Origin: Candidatus Marinacidobacterium sp.
GTDB taxonomy: Bacteria; Acidobacteriota; Vicinamibacteria; Marinacidobacterales; Marinacidobacteraceae
Length of the DNA stretch: 64,000 nt
Assembly: GCA_965204755.1 (NCBI GenBank)
Contig: OZ242011.1
Location: forward strand, 2,400,001 to 2,464,000
Direction of reading: 5' to 3'
The notes below the pieces were generated by a model. That model had not been told where the DNA came from. It worked only from the letters and a program-made list of their open reading frames with translations, and did no database searches. Shown here in pieces: positions 48,899 through 59,153 of this stretch (position 1 is its first letter; each line of letters starts with the position of its first letter). Made by a program: the position numbers and the translations under genes.

Positions 48899-50008
48899 TC
48901 AGACCTTGAAGTAGATCCGGCGGCGGTCGAGGAAGACCGCGACCCCGATCCAGAGCGCCGTGTGGGTGAGCGCGAAGCCCAGGGAACCGTGGAGCGGGCC
49001 GAGCCACGAAGCGAAGACCGACTCCCAGATCCGGGTATGCGCCGAGCCCGCGCCGGGCGCCGGGAACAGCAGCAGGGTCTTCGCCAGCAGGCCCGAACCC
49101 ACGAAGATCAGGATGGAGTTTTTCCCCGCCGCCTCGGCCCAGCGGATGAAGGGTCGGCCCCATCGCGGCGGCTCCCCGCCGTAGTCGAGCAGGTTCGCCG
49201 AGAGGGCGAGGCAGGAGAGCGCGATGCCTCCCGTGAACACCGCGTAGGAACTCGTCCACAGGTTCTTGTTGATCGGCAGCCAGAAACTCCAGATCCACCC
49301 GGCGCTCAGGAGGACGAATCCGGCGCCGAGCAACCCGGAGGTCTTTTCCGCCGGCGAACGCCCGCTTCGCAGGTACGCGCCGGCGAACACGCCGATGAGC
49401 GCGCTGGCGATCGCCGGAACGGTGGAGAGGACGCCCTCCGGATCCCAACTGCCCTGGTAGAGGCTGCCGGGGAGCAGGACGCGGTCGAGGTATGCCGCGA
49501 GGTTCGTCCCCGGCTCGAGGTCGCCGGCCCGTCCGCCCGGAGGCGGAACGAACGCCAGCGCCGCATGGAAGCCGGCGAGACACGCTCCGGTGAGCCAGAG
49601 CAGTCCGCGCCGCGAGAGGTAGAGGAACGCCGCTCCGGTGACCAGGTACGCCGCGCCGATCCGCTGCAGTACGCCGGGGAGCCGCAGGTCGGCGAGATCG
49701 AAGAACGGATAGGCGGCGAGCAGCAGGCCGAGCGCGACCAGGATCCCGCTCCGCCGCGCCACCCGCCCGAGCAGCCGCGCGCGCGGCGTCCCGGCTTCGA
49801 CCCGCGCCCCCAGCGAGAAGGGAATCGCCGCGCCGACGATGAACAGGAAGAACGGGAAGATCAGGTCGGTGGGCGTCCACCCGTGCCACGGCGCGTGGAG
49901 CAGCGCCGGATAGACATGGCTCCAACTCCCCGGGTTGTTCACCACGATCATCGAGACGATGGTGACCCCGCGAAAGTAGTCGAGGGAACGAAGCCGCGTC
50001 CGCATCAC
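48899..50008 (-). CDS. Heparan-alpha-glucosaminide N-acetyltransferase-like membrane protein
   Basis: RSLDYFRG, VNNPG, HAPWHGWTPTDLIFPFFLFIVG, GVLQRI, DPEG, PINKNLWTSSY. Confidence 0.9.
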   Translation of the reverse strand: MMRTRLRSLDYFRGVTIVSMIVVNNPGSWSHVYPALLHAPWHGWTPTDLIFPFFLFIVGAAIPFSLGARVEAGTPRARLLGRVARRSGILVALGLLLAAYPFFDLADLRLPGVLQRIGAAYLVTGAAFLYLSRRGLLWLTGACLAGFHAALAFVPPPGGRAGDLEPGTNLAAYLDRVLLPGSLYQGSWDPEGVLSTVPAIASALIGVFAGAYLRSGRSPAEKTSGLLGAGFVLLSAGWIWSFWLPINKNLWTSSYAVFTGGIALSCLALSANLLDYGGEPPRWGRPFIRWAEAAGKNSILIFVGSGLLAKTLLLFPAPGAGSAHTRIWESVFASWLGPLHGSLGFALTHTALWIGVAVFLDRRRIYFKV

Positions 50009-50066
50009 CGGCGAAGGGTACGCGGGGCGTTCGCGCGGAGTCGGGCCTCGTGGTACAACGGGCGGC

Positions 50067-50894
50067 GTGGCTGGATCGAGCGACCCCCCGATCTCCCCGT
50101 CCGGCGGCGGGTTCTGGTTTCCGCGGACGCCGGCCGGCCGGGCCTCGCTGGTTTCGGCGCCGCCGTGGTTCTACTCGGGGGAGATGTTGACCATCGAGTA
50201 CCTGGCCGCGCCGGGCGCGGTGGCGGCGCTGCTGCCGCCGCCGCTCGCCGCGGTGACCGATCGGCCGGACGCGGTGGCGGCGATCTGGGCCGAGTGGCAG
50301 TGTTGTTCGGAGAGCGGCGAGGAACTGCTCGATCCGGTGCGCGCCCAGTACCGGGAATGCCTGCTCGTCGTCCGCTGCCGCTTCCGCGGCCGCGACTGGT
50401 CCCGGTGCGTCTTCATCTGGGTGGACAGCGACGCGTCGCTCGCTCGCGGCCACTTCCAGGGGTATCCGAAGAAACTCGGCGAGATCCGGATGACCCGGCC
50501 GGCGCTCGTCGGGCGCGCCGGGCCGAGGCTCGGTCCCGGCGGGCGGTTCGGAGCTACGGTCGCCGCCGGTTCGCGGCGGTTGCTGGAGGCGGAGTTCACC
50601 ATCACCGGCGAAGCGGAGTCCGCGGGTTTCGTGAACGCGCATCCCATGCTGCACCACCGGCTGATGCCGCGGGTGGAGGCCGACGGAAGCGACGCGTTCG
50701 CCGAACCGGTGGCGGTCGCTTCCGAAGATGTCGAGTTCGGGACGGCTTACACCGGTGACGCCGCGCTTCGGGTGTTTCCCTCACCGACCGAGGAACTCGA
50801 ACGGCTCGCCCCGCGAGAGGTGCTGGGCGGGTTCTGGCGGCGGGCGGGTTTCACCTTTCGCGGCGGGCGGAGTCTCGCCGCGGCGGGCGGCTGA
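50067..50894 (+). CDS. Acetoacetate decarboxylase family protein
   Basis: PPWFYSG, QYREC, FIWVD, RGHFQGYPKKLG (Schiff-base Lys). Confidence 0.85.
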   Translation: MAGSSDPPISPSGGGFWFPRTPAGRASLVSAPPWFYSGEMLTIEYLAAPGAVAALLPPPLAAVTDRPDAVAAIWAEWQCCSESGEELLDPVRAQYRECLLVVRCRFRGRDWSRCVFIWVDSDASLARGHFQGYPKKLGEIRMTRPALVGRAGPRLGPGGRFGATVAAGSRRLLEAEFTITGEAESAGFVNAHPMLHHRLMPRVEADGSDAFAEPVAVASEDVEFGTAYTGDAALRVFPSPTEELERLAPREVLGGFWRRAGFTFRGGRSLAAAGG

Positions 50895-50913
50895 GCCCGG
50901 GGAGGCCCACGGC

Positions 50914-51816
50914 ATGGCGGTCGTCGGTTTCGGGCTTCTTTCCCATGTGCCCACGATCATGCTGCCCGAGCGGGAGCGCCGGGCGCTGAACGAAGGCGAG
51001 GAGATCAGTCTCGTTCCCGGTCTCCGGCGGTTGCGCTCCGAGGTCCTGGATCCGCTCGCGGCGGAGACCTTCGTCGTCTTCGATACGCACTGGGCGAGCA
51101 CCTTCGAGCACCTGCTCAGCGCGCACGACCGGCGGCGGGGGGCGTACACCTCCGACGAACTGCCGCGCGGCCTGGCCGGGATTCCCTACGACTTTCCCGG
51201 CGACCCGGCGCTCGCTGACGGGGCGGCGGCCGCCGCGGAGCGGTTCGGCCAGCGGGCGCATGCGAGCCGCGATCCGCACCTGCCGATCCACTACCCGACG
51301 GTCAACCTGCTCCACCACCTCCACCGGGGGGAGCGGGTGGTGTCGGTGAGTTGCGCCCAGACCGGGGAGACCGCCGACTTCCTCGCGATGGGCCGGGCCA
51401 TCGGCGAGGCGGTGAGCGCCGCCGGGCGCCGCGTGGCGCTGCTGGCTTCCGGCGGGCTGAGCCACCGGTTCTGGCCGCTTTCGGTCATCGCCGACCACGA
51501 GCCCTCGGATCCGGTCCATGTGCGGACGCCGGAGGCGCGGGCGGCCGACGAACTCCGCCTTCGATGGATGCGGGAGGGGCGCCATCGCCGGGTCGTGGAG
51601 ACGATGGACGAGTACGCCCGGTTCGCGCCGGAGGGTCGTTTCGGCCACTACCTGATGGCCCTCGGCGCGGTCGGCGGCGCGGACTGCCGGGCGCCCGGAC
51701 GGATGTTCTCCCGCTACGAGAGCGCGGTGGGAACCGGCCAGGCGCATGTGTGGTTCGACCGCCCGGCGGACGGATGGTCCGGGTCGAACGACGGACCGAC
51801 GCCGCCGCGGCGGTGA
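50914..51816 (+). CDS. LigB-family extradiol dioxygenase (HpaD-like)
   Basis: SHVPTI, FDTHW, HYPT, LASGGLSHRFW, GTGQ..VWF. Confidence 0.85.
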   Translation: MAVVGFGLLSHVPTIMLPERERRALNEGEEISLVPGLRRLRSEVLDPLAAETFVVFDTHWASTFEHLLSAHDRRRGAYTSDELPRGLAGIPYDFPGDPALADGAAAAAERFGQRAHASRDPHLPIHYPTVNLLHHLHRGERVVSVSCAQTGETADFLAMGRAIGEAVSAAGRRVALLASGGLSHRFWPLSVIADHEPSDPVHVRTPEARAADELRLRWMREGRHRRVVETMDEYARFAPEGRFGHYLMALGAVGGADCRAPGRMFSRYESAVGTGQAHVWFDRPADGWSGSNDGPTPPRR

Positions 51817-51862
51817 TGGGTCGGCCTCCCCGAATCGCCCGAACCGGTCACCGGACGCGGAC

Positions 51863-52237
51863 TGGCGCCACTACGCGGAGGGTGGCGTCGATACGCGAGG
51901 TGGTGTCAACTACGCCCTACCGTCTCGGTGCGCAAGGGGCACTCGATATGCCGGTGGTCTTCGCGCGGGGTCGTGTCGTTGCACGAGGTGGTGTCACTAC
52001 GGCGAAGGGTTCGGTGCACCGAGTCATGTCGTTCGGCGGAGTCGTGTCGCTGCGCGAGATGCGCCCCGCAGGGCGTCGTCGCTTCGGGCGATCGTTGGCG
52101 AGGTCGTGTCGATTTCCGCGAGAGTCGTGACGATAACGGCGAGGTGGAGTCAATTACCGCCGAGGTGGTGCCAATTGCGGCGGAGGTGGAGTCAATTCCG
52201 CGGAAGTGGTGTCGATACGCGAGGTGGTGTCATTGGC
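51863..52237. repeat. Degenerate array of ~15 short repeats, consensus GAGGT(G/C)GTGTC(A/G), 17-21 bp period
   Basis: Clear units at 51897, 51985, 52099, 52141, 52162, 52183, 52203 and 52221. A 27-bp direct repeat (1 mismatch) sits at 51882-51908 and 52206-52232. Confidence 0.8.
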
Positions 52238-52269
52238 GAAGGCGGGAACCGCCGCCCGGTCGTCTCCGG

Positions 52270-54555
52270 TTACTCCGGCGACGGGAACTCCAGTCCGACC
52301 TGCGTCATCAGGAACGCGGTCTCCATCGCCACATCGGCGACCACTTTGGCCCGCGGGCGTCCGCCGGCGTGGCCGGCGCGTTCGTCGTACCGGAGGATGA
52401 CCGGCAGCCCGGAAGAACTCGCCGCCTGCAGCCGCGCGGTCATCTTGCGCGCCTGGAGCGGCGGCACCCGCGTATCCAGGTCGCCCTGGGTCAACATCAC
52501 CGCCGGGTAGTCCACCCCGTCGCGCACCGCCTGGTAGGGCGAATACCGGCGCAGGAACTCGAACTCCTCCGCCTTCTCCGCGTTCCCGTATTCGAGGAGC
52601 GCCGGCAGGTTGTTCGTCTCGCGGAAGGTGAAGAAGCGCACCATGTCCAGGTCCGGGAAACCGCAGAACACCGCGCGGAAGAGATCCGGCCGCTGCGTGA
52701 ACGCGCTCGCCACCAGGAGCCCGCCGTTGCTCGCTCCGGTGATCGCCAGTCGGGCCGGATTCGTGACGCCGTTGTCGACGAGCCATTCGGCGGCGGAGAG
52801 GAAGTCGTCGAAGACCTGCTGCTTGTTCCCGAGCATTCCGGCGCGGTGCCACTCCTCCCCGTACTCGCCGCCGCCCCGGAGCGTCGCCACGGCATAGACG
52901 CCGCCGGCCTCCGCCCAGACCGCGGCCTGGGCCCGGAAGGTCGGCGTGAGGCTCACATCGAAACCGCCGTAGCCGTGGAGCAGCGTCGGCGTTTCGCCGT
53001 CCGGCTCGACATCGCGCCGCCGGAGGAGCGTCATCGGCGCCCGGGCGCCGTCGGTCGAGGTGTAGAACACCTGCTCGACGACGAGGTTCCCGCCGTCGTA
53101 GTCCGGACGCGGGGGTTCGATGAGTTCGCGTTCGCGGGTCTCGAGGTCGAGGCGGTAGCGCGCCTCCGGCGAGGTGAACGAACGGAGCGTGAGCACCGCG
53201 GTGTCCTCGCTGTCGCCGGCGCTTTCGATCGAGGCGGTATGGAGCGGCGGGAGCGGCACTTCGCCGACCGCGCGCAGCGGCGCTCCGTCCTCCCCGTCCT
53301 CGTCCGCTTCGTACGCGACGATCCTCGACGCCGCGTCGGCGAGGTAGTGCGCGTAGGTCCGTCCGCCGATCGTCGTATAGCGGGTCAGCCGCTGCTCGCC
53401 TTCGGGGATCCATTCCGTCCAGAGCGAGCGGTCGGCCCATCGCTCCGGGGCGACGCCCTCCACCGGCGCGGAGAGCACCCGGTAGTTCGGGGCGTCCCAG
53501 TCCGTGTGGAGCAGCAGCCGTCCGTCCGCGTATCGCGCCGCCATATGGGCGTCTTCGCCGGCGAACACCGGGTGGACGGCGCCGCTCGCCCGCTCCAGCA
53601 GGAAGACTTCGTTCCGCGCCCAGCCGTGCTGCGCGCCGACGAGCAACCACTCCCCGCCGCGGATCTCTTCCACCCGCAGGAAGGTTTCCGGGCCGTAGCC
53701 CTCGCCGAAGAGTTCCGCCGCTTCGCCGGCGGCGCCCCCGATCCGGTGGTGGCGCACTCGCGGCCCGATCTCCCGCGACCGATGGACGGCGTAGAAGCCC
53801 TCGCCTTCGCCGTCGAAGGCGATCGTTCCGTAGAGCGCCTCCGGCAGCGAGTCGGGCCGCGCTTCGCCGGCGCCCAGGTCGAACAGGTGGACGCTGATCT
53901 CGTCGAGCCCGCCGTCCCGGACCCGGAACAGGAGGAGCGATCCGTCAGGCGACACATCCACGATGTCCACGCTGGCGGCGTCGTCGTAACCGAGGGCGGC
54001 CGGATCCACCAAAGTCTCGTAGTCGCCGTCCGCCGCCGGCCGGGGCGCGCCGGCGGGTTCCGCGCCCTCCGCCGGAGCGGGACGGGAGACGATCCGCGCC
54101 TGGGGCTCGCCCGGGCGGCGCAGGGTGAAGACCTCCCGGTCGCCGGCGCGCCGCGGCGCCCCCACCGACGCGGTGTCCATCAACTCGGAGAGCCGGGCCT
54201 GCAGCCTCGCCGTGAGCGCCGCGTCGGCGACCACCTCCCGGGCGTAGGCGTTCTGCGCCGCGATCCAGGCGCGGGTCTCCGCGCTGTCCTGTTCCTCCAG
54301 CCACCGGTAGGGATCGGGGACTTCCACGCCGTGGAGCGTGTCCACGACGACTTCCACCCGCGTCGGCGGCGGCGCCGGCCAGCGCTCGCCGCCGCAACCG
54401 GAAGAGACCGCCGCCAGGGCGAGCGCCGGCAGCAGCGGCGCGAGCCTCCGCCTCCCTCCGCCGAAAGGCGCCGCCGAGGCGCCGCCGCCGGGCGTCGCCC
54501 CACTTGCCGGCCCACCTTCCGCCGCCGTTGCGCCGGGTCGCCGAATCCCGCTCAT
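52270..54555 (-). CDS. Prolyl oligopeptidase (S9A), probable lipoprotein
   Basis: AAGGAG RBS; VPDPYRWLE, GYGGF, RGGGEYG, GASNGG, DTRV, AGH; VSSGC lipobox-like. Confidence 0.93.
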   Translation of the reverse strand: MSGIRRPGATAAEGGPASGATPGGGASAAPFGGGRRRLAPLLPALALAAVSSGCGGERWPAPPPTRVEVVVDTLHGVEVPDPYRWLEEQDSAETRAWIAAQNAYAREVVADAALTARLQARLSELMDTASVGAPRRAGDREVFTLRRPGEPQARIVSRPAPAEGAEPAGAPRPAADGDYETLVDPAALGYDDAASVDIVDVSPDGSLLLFRVRDGGLDEISVHLFDLGAGEARPDSLPEALYGTIAFDGEGEGFYAVHRSREIGPRVRHHRIGGAAGEAAELFGEGYGPETFLRVEEIRGGEWLLVGAQHGWARNEVFLLERASGAVHPVFAGEDAHMAARYADGRLLLHTDWDAPNYRVLSAPVEGVAPERWADRSLWTEWIPEGEQRLTRYTTIGGRTYAHYLADAASRIVAYEADEDGEDGAPLRAVGEVPLPPLHTASIESAGDSEDTAVLTLRSFTSPEARYRLDLETRERELIEPPRPDYDGGNLVVEQVFYTSTDGARAPMTLLRRRDVEPDGETPTLLHGYGGFDVSLTPTFRAQAAVWAEAGGVYAVATLRGGGEYGEEWHRAGMLGNKQQVFDDFLSAAEWLVDNGVTNPARLAITGASNGGLLVASAFTQRPDLFRAVFCGFPDLDMVRFFTFRETNNLPALLEYGNAEKAEEFEFLRRYSPYQAVRDGVDYPAVMLTQGDLDTRVPPLQARKMTARLQAASSSGLPVILRYDERAGHAGGRPRAKVVADVAMETAFLMTQVGLEFPSPE

Positions 54556-54645
54556 CGGAGTCTCCTTCGGGGCGTCCTTCGGCGCTCGGTCCGCCATGGC
54601 CCCCCGGCTATTCTCCCCCGGCCGCTTCGCCCCCCCGTCGCCGAC

Positions 54646-55236
54646 TTGCCGTTTCGCCTGCCCGAAGACTTCGTCCTCGATCCCGACCGGGGTTTCCCGA
54701 TCCACCGGGGCGTGGTCGCTCCGGATTGGACCGACCGGAACGGCCACATGAATGTCGTGTACTACCGGCTGGCCTTCGACCGGGCGACCCAAGCCTTCCT
54801 CACCCGCATCGGCCTTTGGGACAACGACAACGACGAGGGCTCCACCTTCGCCCTGGAGGACCATGTGACCTACCAGGGCGAACTCCATCCGGGACGGGGT
54901 TTCTTCGTCACCTACCAACTGCTGGACTACAGCCAGAAACTGGTCCACGCCTTCCTCCGGCTCTACGCCGACCCGGAGTCCGGCGGCGGCGCCCCGACCC
55001 TGGCGGCCACCTGCGAGCACATCGGCTGCTATGTGGACATGCGCACCCGCCGCTCGGCGCCGATGCCGGCGGCCTTCACCGCGCTCCTCGAAGCGGTCGC
55101 CGAGCGGCAGCGCGGCCTTTCGCCCGATCTCGCGCCGCCGGCGGAGAAGGGGCGGGTCATCGGCATCCGCCGCCGGCCGCGCGCCGGCGCCGAGGCGGAG
55201 GCGCCGGCCGGAACCGCCGCCGCGGCGGCCCGCTGA
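54646..55236 (+). CDS. Hot-dog fold thioesterase-like protein
   Basis: DWTDRNGHMNVVYY..AFD motif. Start uncertain. Confidence 0.75.
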   Translation: MPFRLPEDFVLDPDRGFPIHRGVVAPDWTDRNGHMNVVYYRLAFDRATQAFLTRIGLWDNDNDEGSTFALEDHVTYQGELHPGRGFFVTYQLLDYSQKLVHAFLRLYADPESGGGAPTLAATCEHIGCYVDMRTRRSAPMPAAFTALLEAVAERQRGLSPDLAPPAEKGRVIGIRRRPRAGAEAEAPAGTAAAAAR

Positions 55237-55381
55237 CCGGGGCCGCCGGCCCCGCCTTCCCCGAAGGCCGGAGGCCGGCGCCGTCCCCTCTACAATGGCG
55301 GGTTCGGCCTCGCGCCCGGCCCCTCCGAGGGGCCGGGGAGGCCACGACACCGACCCCATCGAGACCCCGGAGGTCCTTCCC

Positions 55382-55915
55382 ATGACGATCTCGAACCCCC
55401 GTCCGCTCCGCCTCCCGGCGCTCGCCGCCGCCCTCGCCGTTTCCTTCGGCCTCGCCGCCGCGCCGGCGTTCGCCCAGAGTCCGCGGGGAACCGCCGAAGG
55501 GACCGTCGGCGGGGCCTCCGTGACCGTCGAATACGGCCGCCCCAGCCTCGGGGGCCGCGACATGCTTTCGCGGATCGAGGACGGCATGGTCTGGCGGCTG
55601 GGCGCCGACCAGTCCACCACGCTGACCACCAGCGCGGCCCTGGAGATCGGCGGCGCTTCGCTGGCCGCCGGTTCCTACAGCCTGTTCGCCCGGAAGACGG
55701 CCGACGGCTGGGTGCTGCTGGTGAACTCGGAGACCGGCCAGTGGGGCACGGAGCACGAGTCGGCCAAGGATGTGGCCGAGACGCCCCTCTCGGTTTCGAC
55801 CGGCGAGTCGGTGGAGCAGTTCACGATCAGCATCGAAGAGCACGGCGGCTCGCAGATGCTCCACTTCGCCTGGGGCGAGACCACGCTCATGGCGCCGGTG
55901 TCCGCCGGTTCCTGA
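55382..55915 (+). CDS. DUF2911 domain exported protein
   Basis: GGAGG RBS; signal peptide; SPR, VEYGRP..GGR, VWRLGA, GSYSLF, GQWG. Confidence 0.85.
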   Translation: MTISNPRPLRLPALAAALAVSFGLAAAPAFAQSPRGTAEGTVGGASVTVEYGRPSLGGRDMLSRIEDGMVWRLGADQSTTLTTSAALEIGGASLAAGSYSLFARKTADGWVLLVNSETGQWGTEHESAKDVAETPLSVSTGESVEQFTISIEEHGGSQMLHFAWGETTLMAPVSAGS

Positions 55916-56042
55916 ACCCCGCGCGCGCCGAACCCCTTTCCCTCGAAGAGTCGAAACGCCGCGCCGGAGGCCGTTCTCGCACGGTTTCCGGCGGCGGCCG
56001 TTCCTCTTCTCCCTCATCCGTTTGACCCAAGGAGGCCCTCAG

Positions 56043-58961
56043 ATGGCTGACACCAGGACGATGTCGATGCTCGGACGCCCCGGGAGGTGCTCGGGAGTCG
56101 GGACTTGTTCGAAGGCGGCCACGCTGACGGCCGCCCTTTTCTTCTTCCTCGCCGCTCCGGCGTTCGCCCAGTACGGGCAGATCGAGGGACGGGTCGCCGA
56201 CGCCACCGGCGCGGTGCTCCCCGGTGTGACCGTCACCGCGGTCAACGAAGACACCGGCGTGGCGCGCTCGGCGGTCACGGACGCGGAAGGCGACTACCGC
56301 CTTCCCGCGCTCCTGCCCGGGCCGTACACCGTTTCCGCCGAACTCACCGGTTTCTCGACGGTCGCGACCACCGGCGTAATCCTGACCATCCAACAGACCA
56401 TCGTCATGAACATGGACCTGGCGATCGCCCAGGTCGAGGAGACGGTCACGGTGACCGGCGCCGCCCCCCTGCTCGACACCCGCCGATCCGATGTCTCGAC
56501 CGCGGTCTCCGACCTCCAGATCCAGGACCTGCCGGTGGCGTCGCGCCGCTGGGTGGACCTGGCCCTGCTCACTCCGGGAACCAGCCAGGACGCGATCCGC
56601 GGCTTCTACTACCGCGGCAATGTGAACATGGGCGCCGGCGGCCGGTACTACGCGAACGCCTTCATCGTGGACGGCGTGAACAACACCTGGGCGGAGATGG
56701 GCGAAGCGCGCCAGAACTTCCCCATGGACGCGATCGGCGAGTTCAAGATCACGACGAGCAACTTCAAGGCGGAATACGGCCTCGCCACCGGCGGACTGAT
56801 GACCGTGGTGACCAAGTCGGGGACGAACGACTTCTCCGGGAGCGCCTTCGTCTTCTTCCGCGACAAGTCGCTCACCGCGCTCACCTACCAGGACCGGGAG
56901 GCCGGGCGCGAAAAGCCCGACTACCGCCGGTACCAGTGGGGCGGCTCGCTGGGCGGCCCGATCGTCGAGGACCGGACGCACTTCTTCTTCGCCTACGAGC
57001 GCACCGACGAGTCCCTGTTCTACACGGTGGACACCGGCGGGGTCTTTCCCGACTACGACGGCACTTTCCCCAAGGACGAGTGGCGCTACATGTGGCTCGG
57101 CCGGATCAACCACCAACTGACCGACGACCACTCGATCTGGCTGCGCGTGGCCTGGGAGAACGAGTACCGGCCTAACCTGAACGCCCGCGGGATCACCGCC
57201 GAGGGCTTCGACTTCGCGGTTCCGAGGAACGCCGAAGTGTTCGGCGTCACCTCGGTGCTCGGCGAGAACGGGCTGAACGAGTTCCGCTTCCAGCGCGCCT
57301 TCTCCAAGTACGAAGTGAGCCCGGCCTTCACGCACGGCTCGTTCGACGCCGGCGACTTCAACCCGGAGCGGCTGGCGAATTGCTCGGTCAACATCCGCCG
57401 TCCGGACCTCCGCACCGGTTCCTGCAACGACCAGATGGGGCCGGAGACGCGCTGGCAGTTCAAGGACGACTTCACGCTCTTCCGCCCCGGCTTCGGCGGC
57501 GACCACCAGTTGAAGATCGGCGTGGACTACAACTGGATCGATTTCAAGGCGGACAGCCTCGGCAACTACGCCGGCCGGTTCACCTTCGAGACCAACGATC
57601 CGTTCGACGAGGACGACCCGGAGACCTACCCCTCGCAGTATGTCCAGTCGCAGCCCCGCTACGACCGGGTGCCGGTGCACCATGTCTCCGCGTATGTCCA
57701 GGACGATGTCACCGCGGACCGGCTGACGCTGAACCTCGGTCTCCGCTACGACCTCCAGGTCGGCACCTTCAACGAGGACATCCGCGACATCTCGTTCCCG
57801 CTGCCCATTCCCTTCCACGAGGGAGCGGAGAACCGGGGCGACGGCGACAACTGGGGACCCAGGATCGGCTTCGTCTTCGACCTGTCGTCGGACAACACCG
57901 GCCGCACCACGGTGAAGGGCGGCTACGGGAAGTTCTTCGAGAACATCCGCACGCTCACGAACTTCGGCGAGCGGTGGTGGCACCAGCAGCAGACGATCGT
58001 CATCAACAACCCGCCGTATCCGGATCCGCTGGGCGGCCGGTCGCGGGAGGAATTCCTCTCCTCGGCCGCGCCGAACATCACGGTGCTGGCCAACGACTAC
58101 GAGAACCCGTACGCCCACCACTTCAACCTCGGCGTCGCCCATCAACTCCGGGACGACATGGCGCTCTCGTTCGACCTGACCCGGGTCGCGACCCGCGCCG
58201 ACGCCCAGCGGAACATCAACATCAACTACGCCGTGGACGGCGTTCGCCCCTACCCGCAGTTCCGCCGCGTGGCCGCCTCCTACTCCCTGCTCGACCACGA
58301 CTACCAGGCGTTCTACGCCAAGTTCGAGAAGCGGTACGCGAACAGTTGGCAATTCCTGGTGAGTTACACGCTGGCCGAGACCGAGACGACGGAACTCTGG
58401 ACCCGGAACACGGAACCGGCGGGCTGGGAATCGCAATTCCCCGGCTACACGCGGGTCACCCATCCGGGGGACACCGACCGCCGCCACCGGCTGGTAACCA
58501 GCGCCATCGTGACGCTTCCGTTCGACATCCGTCTCTCGACGATCATGGATTACCGCTCGGCGCTCCCGGTGCTGGTGCATTCCGGCCGCAACCTCAACGG
58601 CGACGACTTCAACCAGGACCTGCCCGCCGGCTTTACTGCGTCCAACACCTACGGCTGCCGGAACTTGGACCTCGGACTGGCGAACACCTACCGGGCTGAA
58701 ATCGGCCAGCCGGCTGCGAACGACTTTTCCTGCGCCGACTTTCTGAATGTGGACTTCCGCGCGGCCAAGACCTTCTACTTCGGCAACGACTACGGAATCG
58801 AGGCCGTGTTCCAGGTGCTGAACGCCTTCGACCGCGCCAACTTCGATGTCCCGATCGGGAACCTGAGTTCGGCCAACTTCGGGGTCGAGGAGCGCTCGCT
58901 GGCGGCGAACATCAACGCGCCGTCCCGCCAGATCGAACTGGCGCTGCGTCTCTCCTTCTGA
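56043..58961 (+). CDS. TonB-dependent receptor (Oar-like, N-terminal carboxypeptidase-regulatory-like domain)
   Basis: AAGGAGG RBS; G.V.DATGAVLPGVTV, TKSGTN.FSG, GGSLGGPI, LNLGLRYD, PRIGF; terminal LRLSF. Confidence 0.92.
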   Translation: MADTRTMSMLGRPGRCSGVGTCSKAATLTAALFFFLAAPAFAQYGQIEGRVADATGAVLPGVTVTAVNEDTGVARSAVTDAEGDYRLPALLPGPYTVSAELTGFSTVATTGVILTIQQTIVMNMDLAIAQVEETVTVTGAAPLLDTRRSDVSTAVSDLQIQDLPVASRRWVDLALLTPGTSQDAIRGFYYRGNVNMGAGGRYYANAFIVDGVNNTWAEMGEARQNFPMDAIGEFKITTSNFKAEYGLATGGLMTVVTKSGTNDFSGSAFVFFRDKSLTALTYQDREAGREKPDYRRYQWGGSLGGPIVEDRTHFFFAYERTDESLFYTVDTGGVFPDYDGTFPKDEWRYMWLGRINHQLTDDHSIWLRVAWENEYRPNLNARGITAEGFDFAVPRNAEVFGVTSVLGENGLNEFRFQRAFSKYEVSPAFTHGSFDAGDFNPERLANCSVNIRRPDLRTGSCNDQMGPETRWQFKDDFTLFRPGFGGDHQLKIGVDYNWIDFKADSLGNYAGRFTFETNDPFDEDDPETYPSQYVQSQPRYDRVPVHHVSAYVQDDVTADRLTLNLGLRYDLQVGTFNEDIRDISFPLPIPFHEGAENRGDGDNWGPRIGFVFDLSSDNTGRTTVKGGYGKFFENIRTLTNFGERWWHQQQTIVINNPPYPDPLGGRSREEFLSSAAPNITVLANDYENPYAHHFNLGVAHQLRDDMALSFDLTRVATRADAQRNININYAVDGVRPYPQFRRVAASYSLLDHDYQAFYAKFEKRYANSWQFLVSYTLAETETTELWTRNTEPAGWESQFPGYTRVTHPGDTDRRHRLVTSAIVTLPFDIRLSTIMDYRSALPVLVHSGRNLNGDDFNQDLPAGFTASNTYGCRNLDLGLANTYRAEIGQPAANDFSCADFLNVDFRAAKTFYFGNDYGIEAVFQVLNAFDRANFDVPIGNLSSANFGVEERSLAANINAPSRQIELALRLSF

Positions 58962-59008
58962 GCCCACCGCGCCCGGGCGGCTGACCCCGCCCGGGGCCCC
59001 GCCGCCTC

Positions 59009-59081
59009 GACCCGGCTCCCCGGCCGGGTCGCGGTGGCGGAGGCTGCCGCGGCCGCGCCTCCGGGGGGCTTCGGCCCTCCG
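59009..59081. terminator. GC hairpins after the TonB receptor (9-bp stem; cUUCGg tetraloop hairpin)
   Basis: CGACCCGGC..GCCGGGTCG at ~59009-59032 and CGGGGGGC-TTCG-GCCCTCCG at 59062-59081. No adjacent U-tract. Confidence 0.35.
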
Positions 59082-59130
59082 CGTCGGCGCCAGGCGTGGA
59101 GTTTTTCGGGCGATAGCGGATTCTCTCTCG

Positions 59131-59151
59131 CATGAATGATTATCATTCATG
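59131..59151. promoter_or_regulatory. Perfect 10-1-10 palindrome, putative operator
   Basis: CATGAATGAT-T-ATCATTCATG, ending 2 nt before ATG 59154. Confidence 0.65.
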
Positions 59152-59153
59152 AC

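Noticed and set aside
51863-52237. CRISPR array
   Set aside because: Repeats are short and degenerate, intervening segments are under ~10 nt in the regular part, and there are no cas genes.
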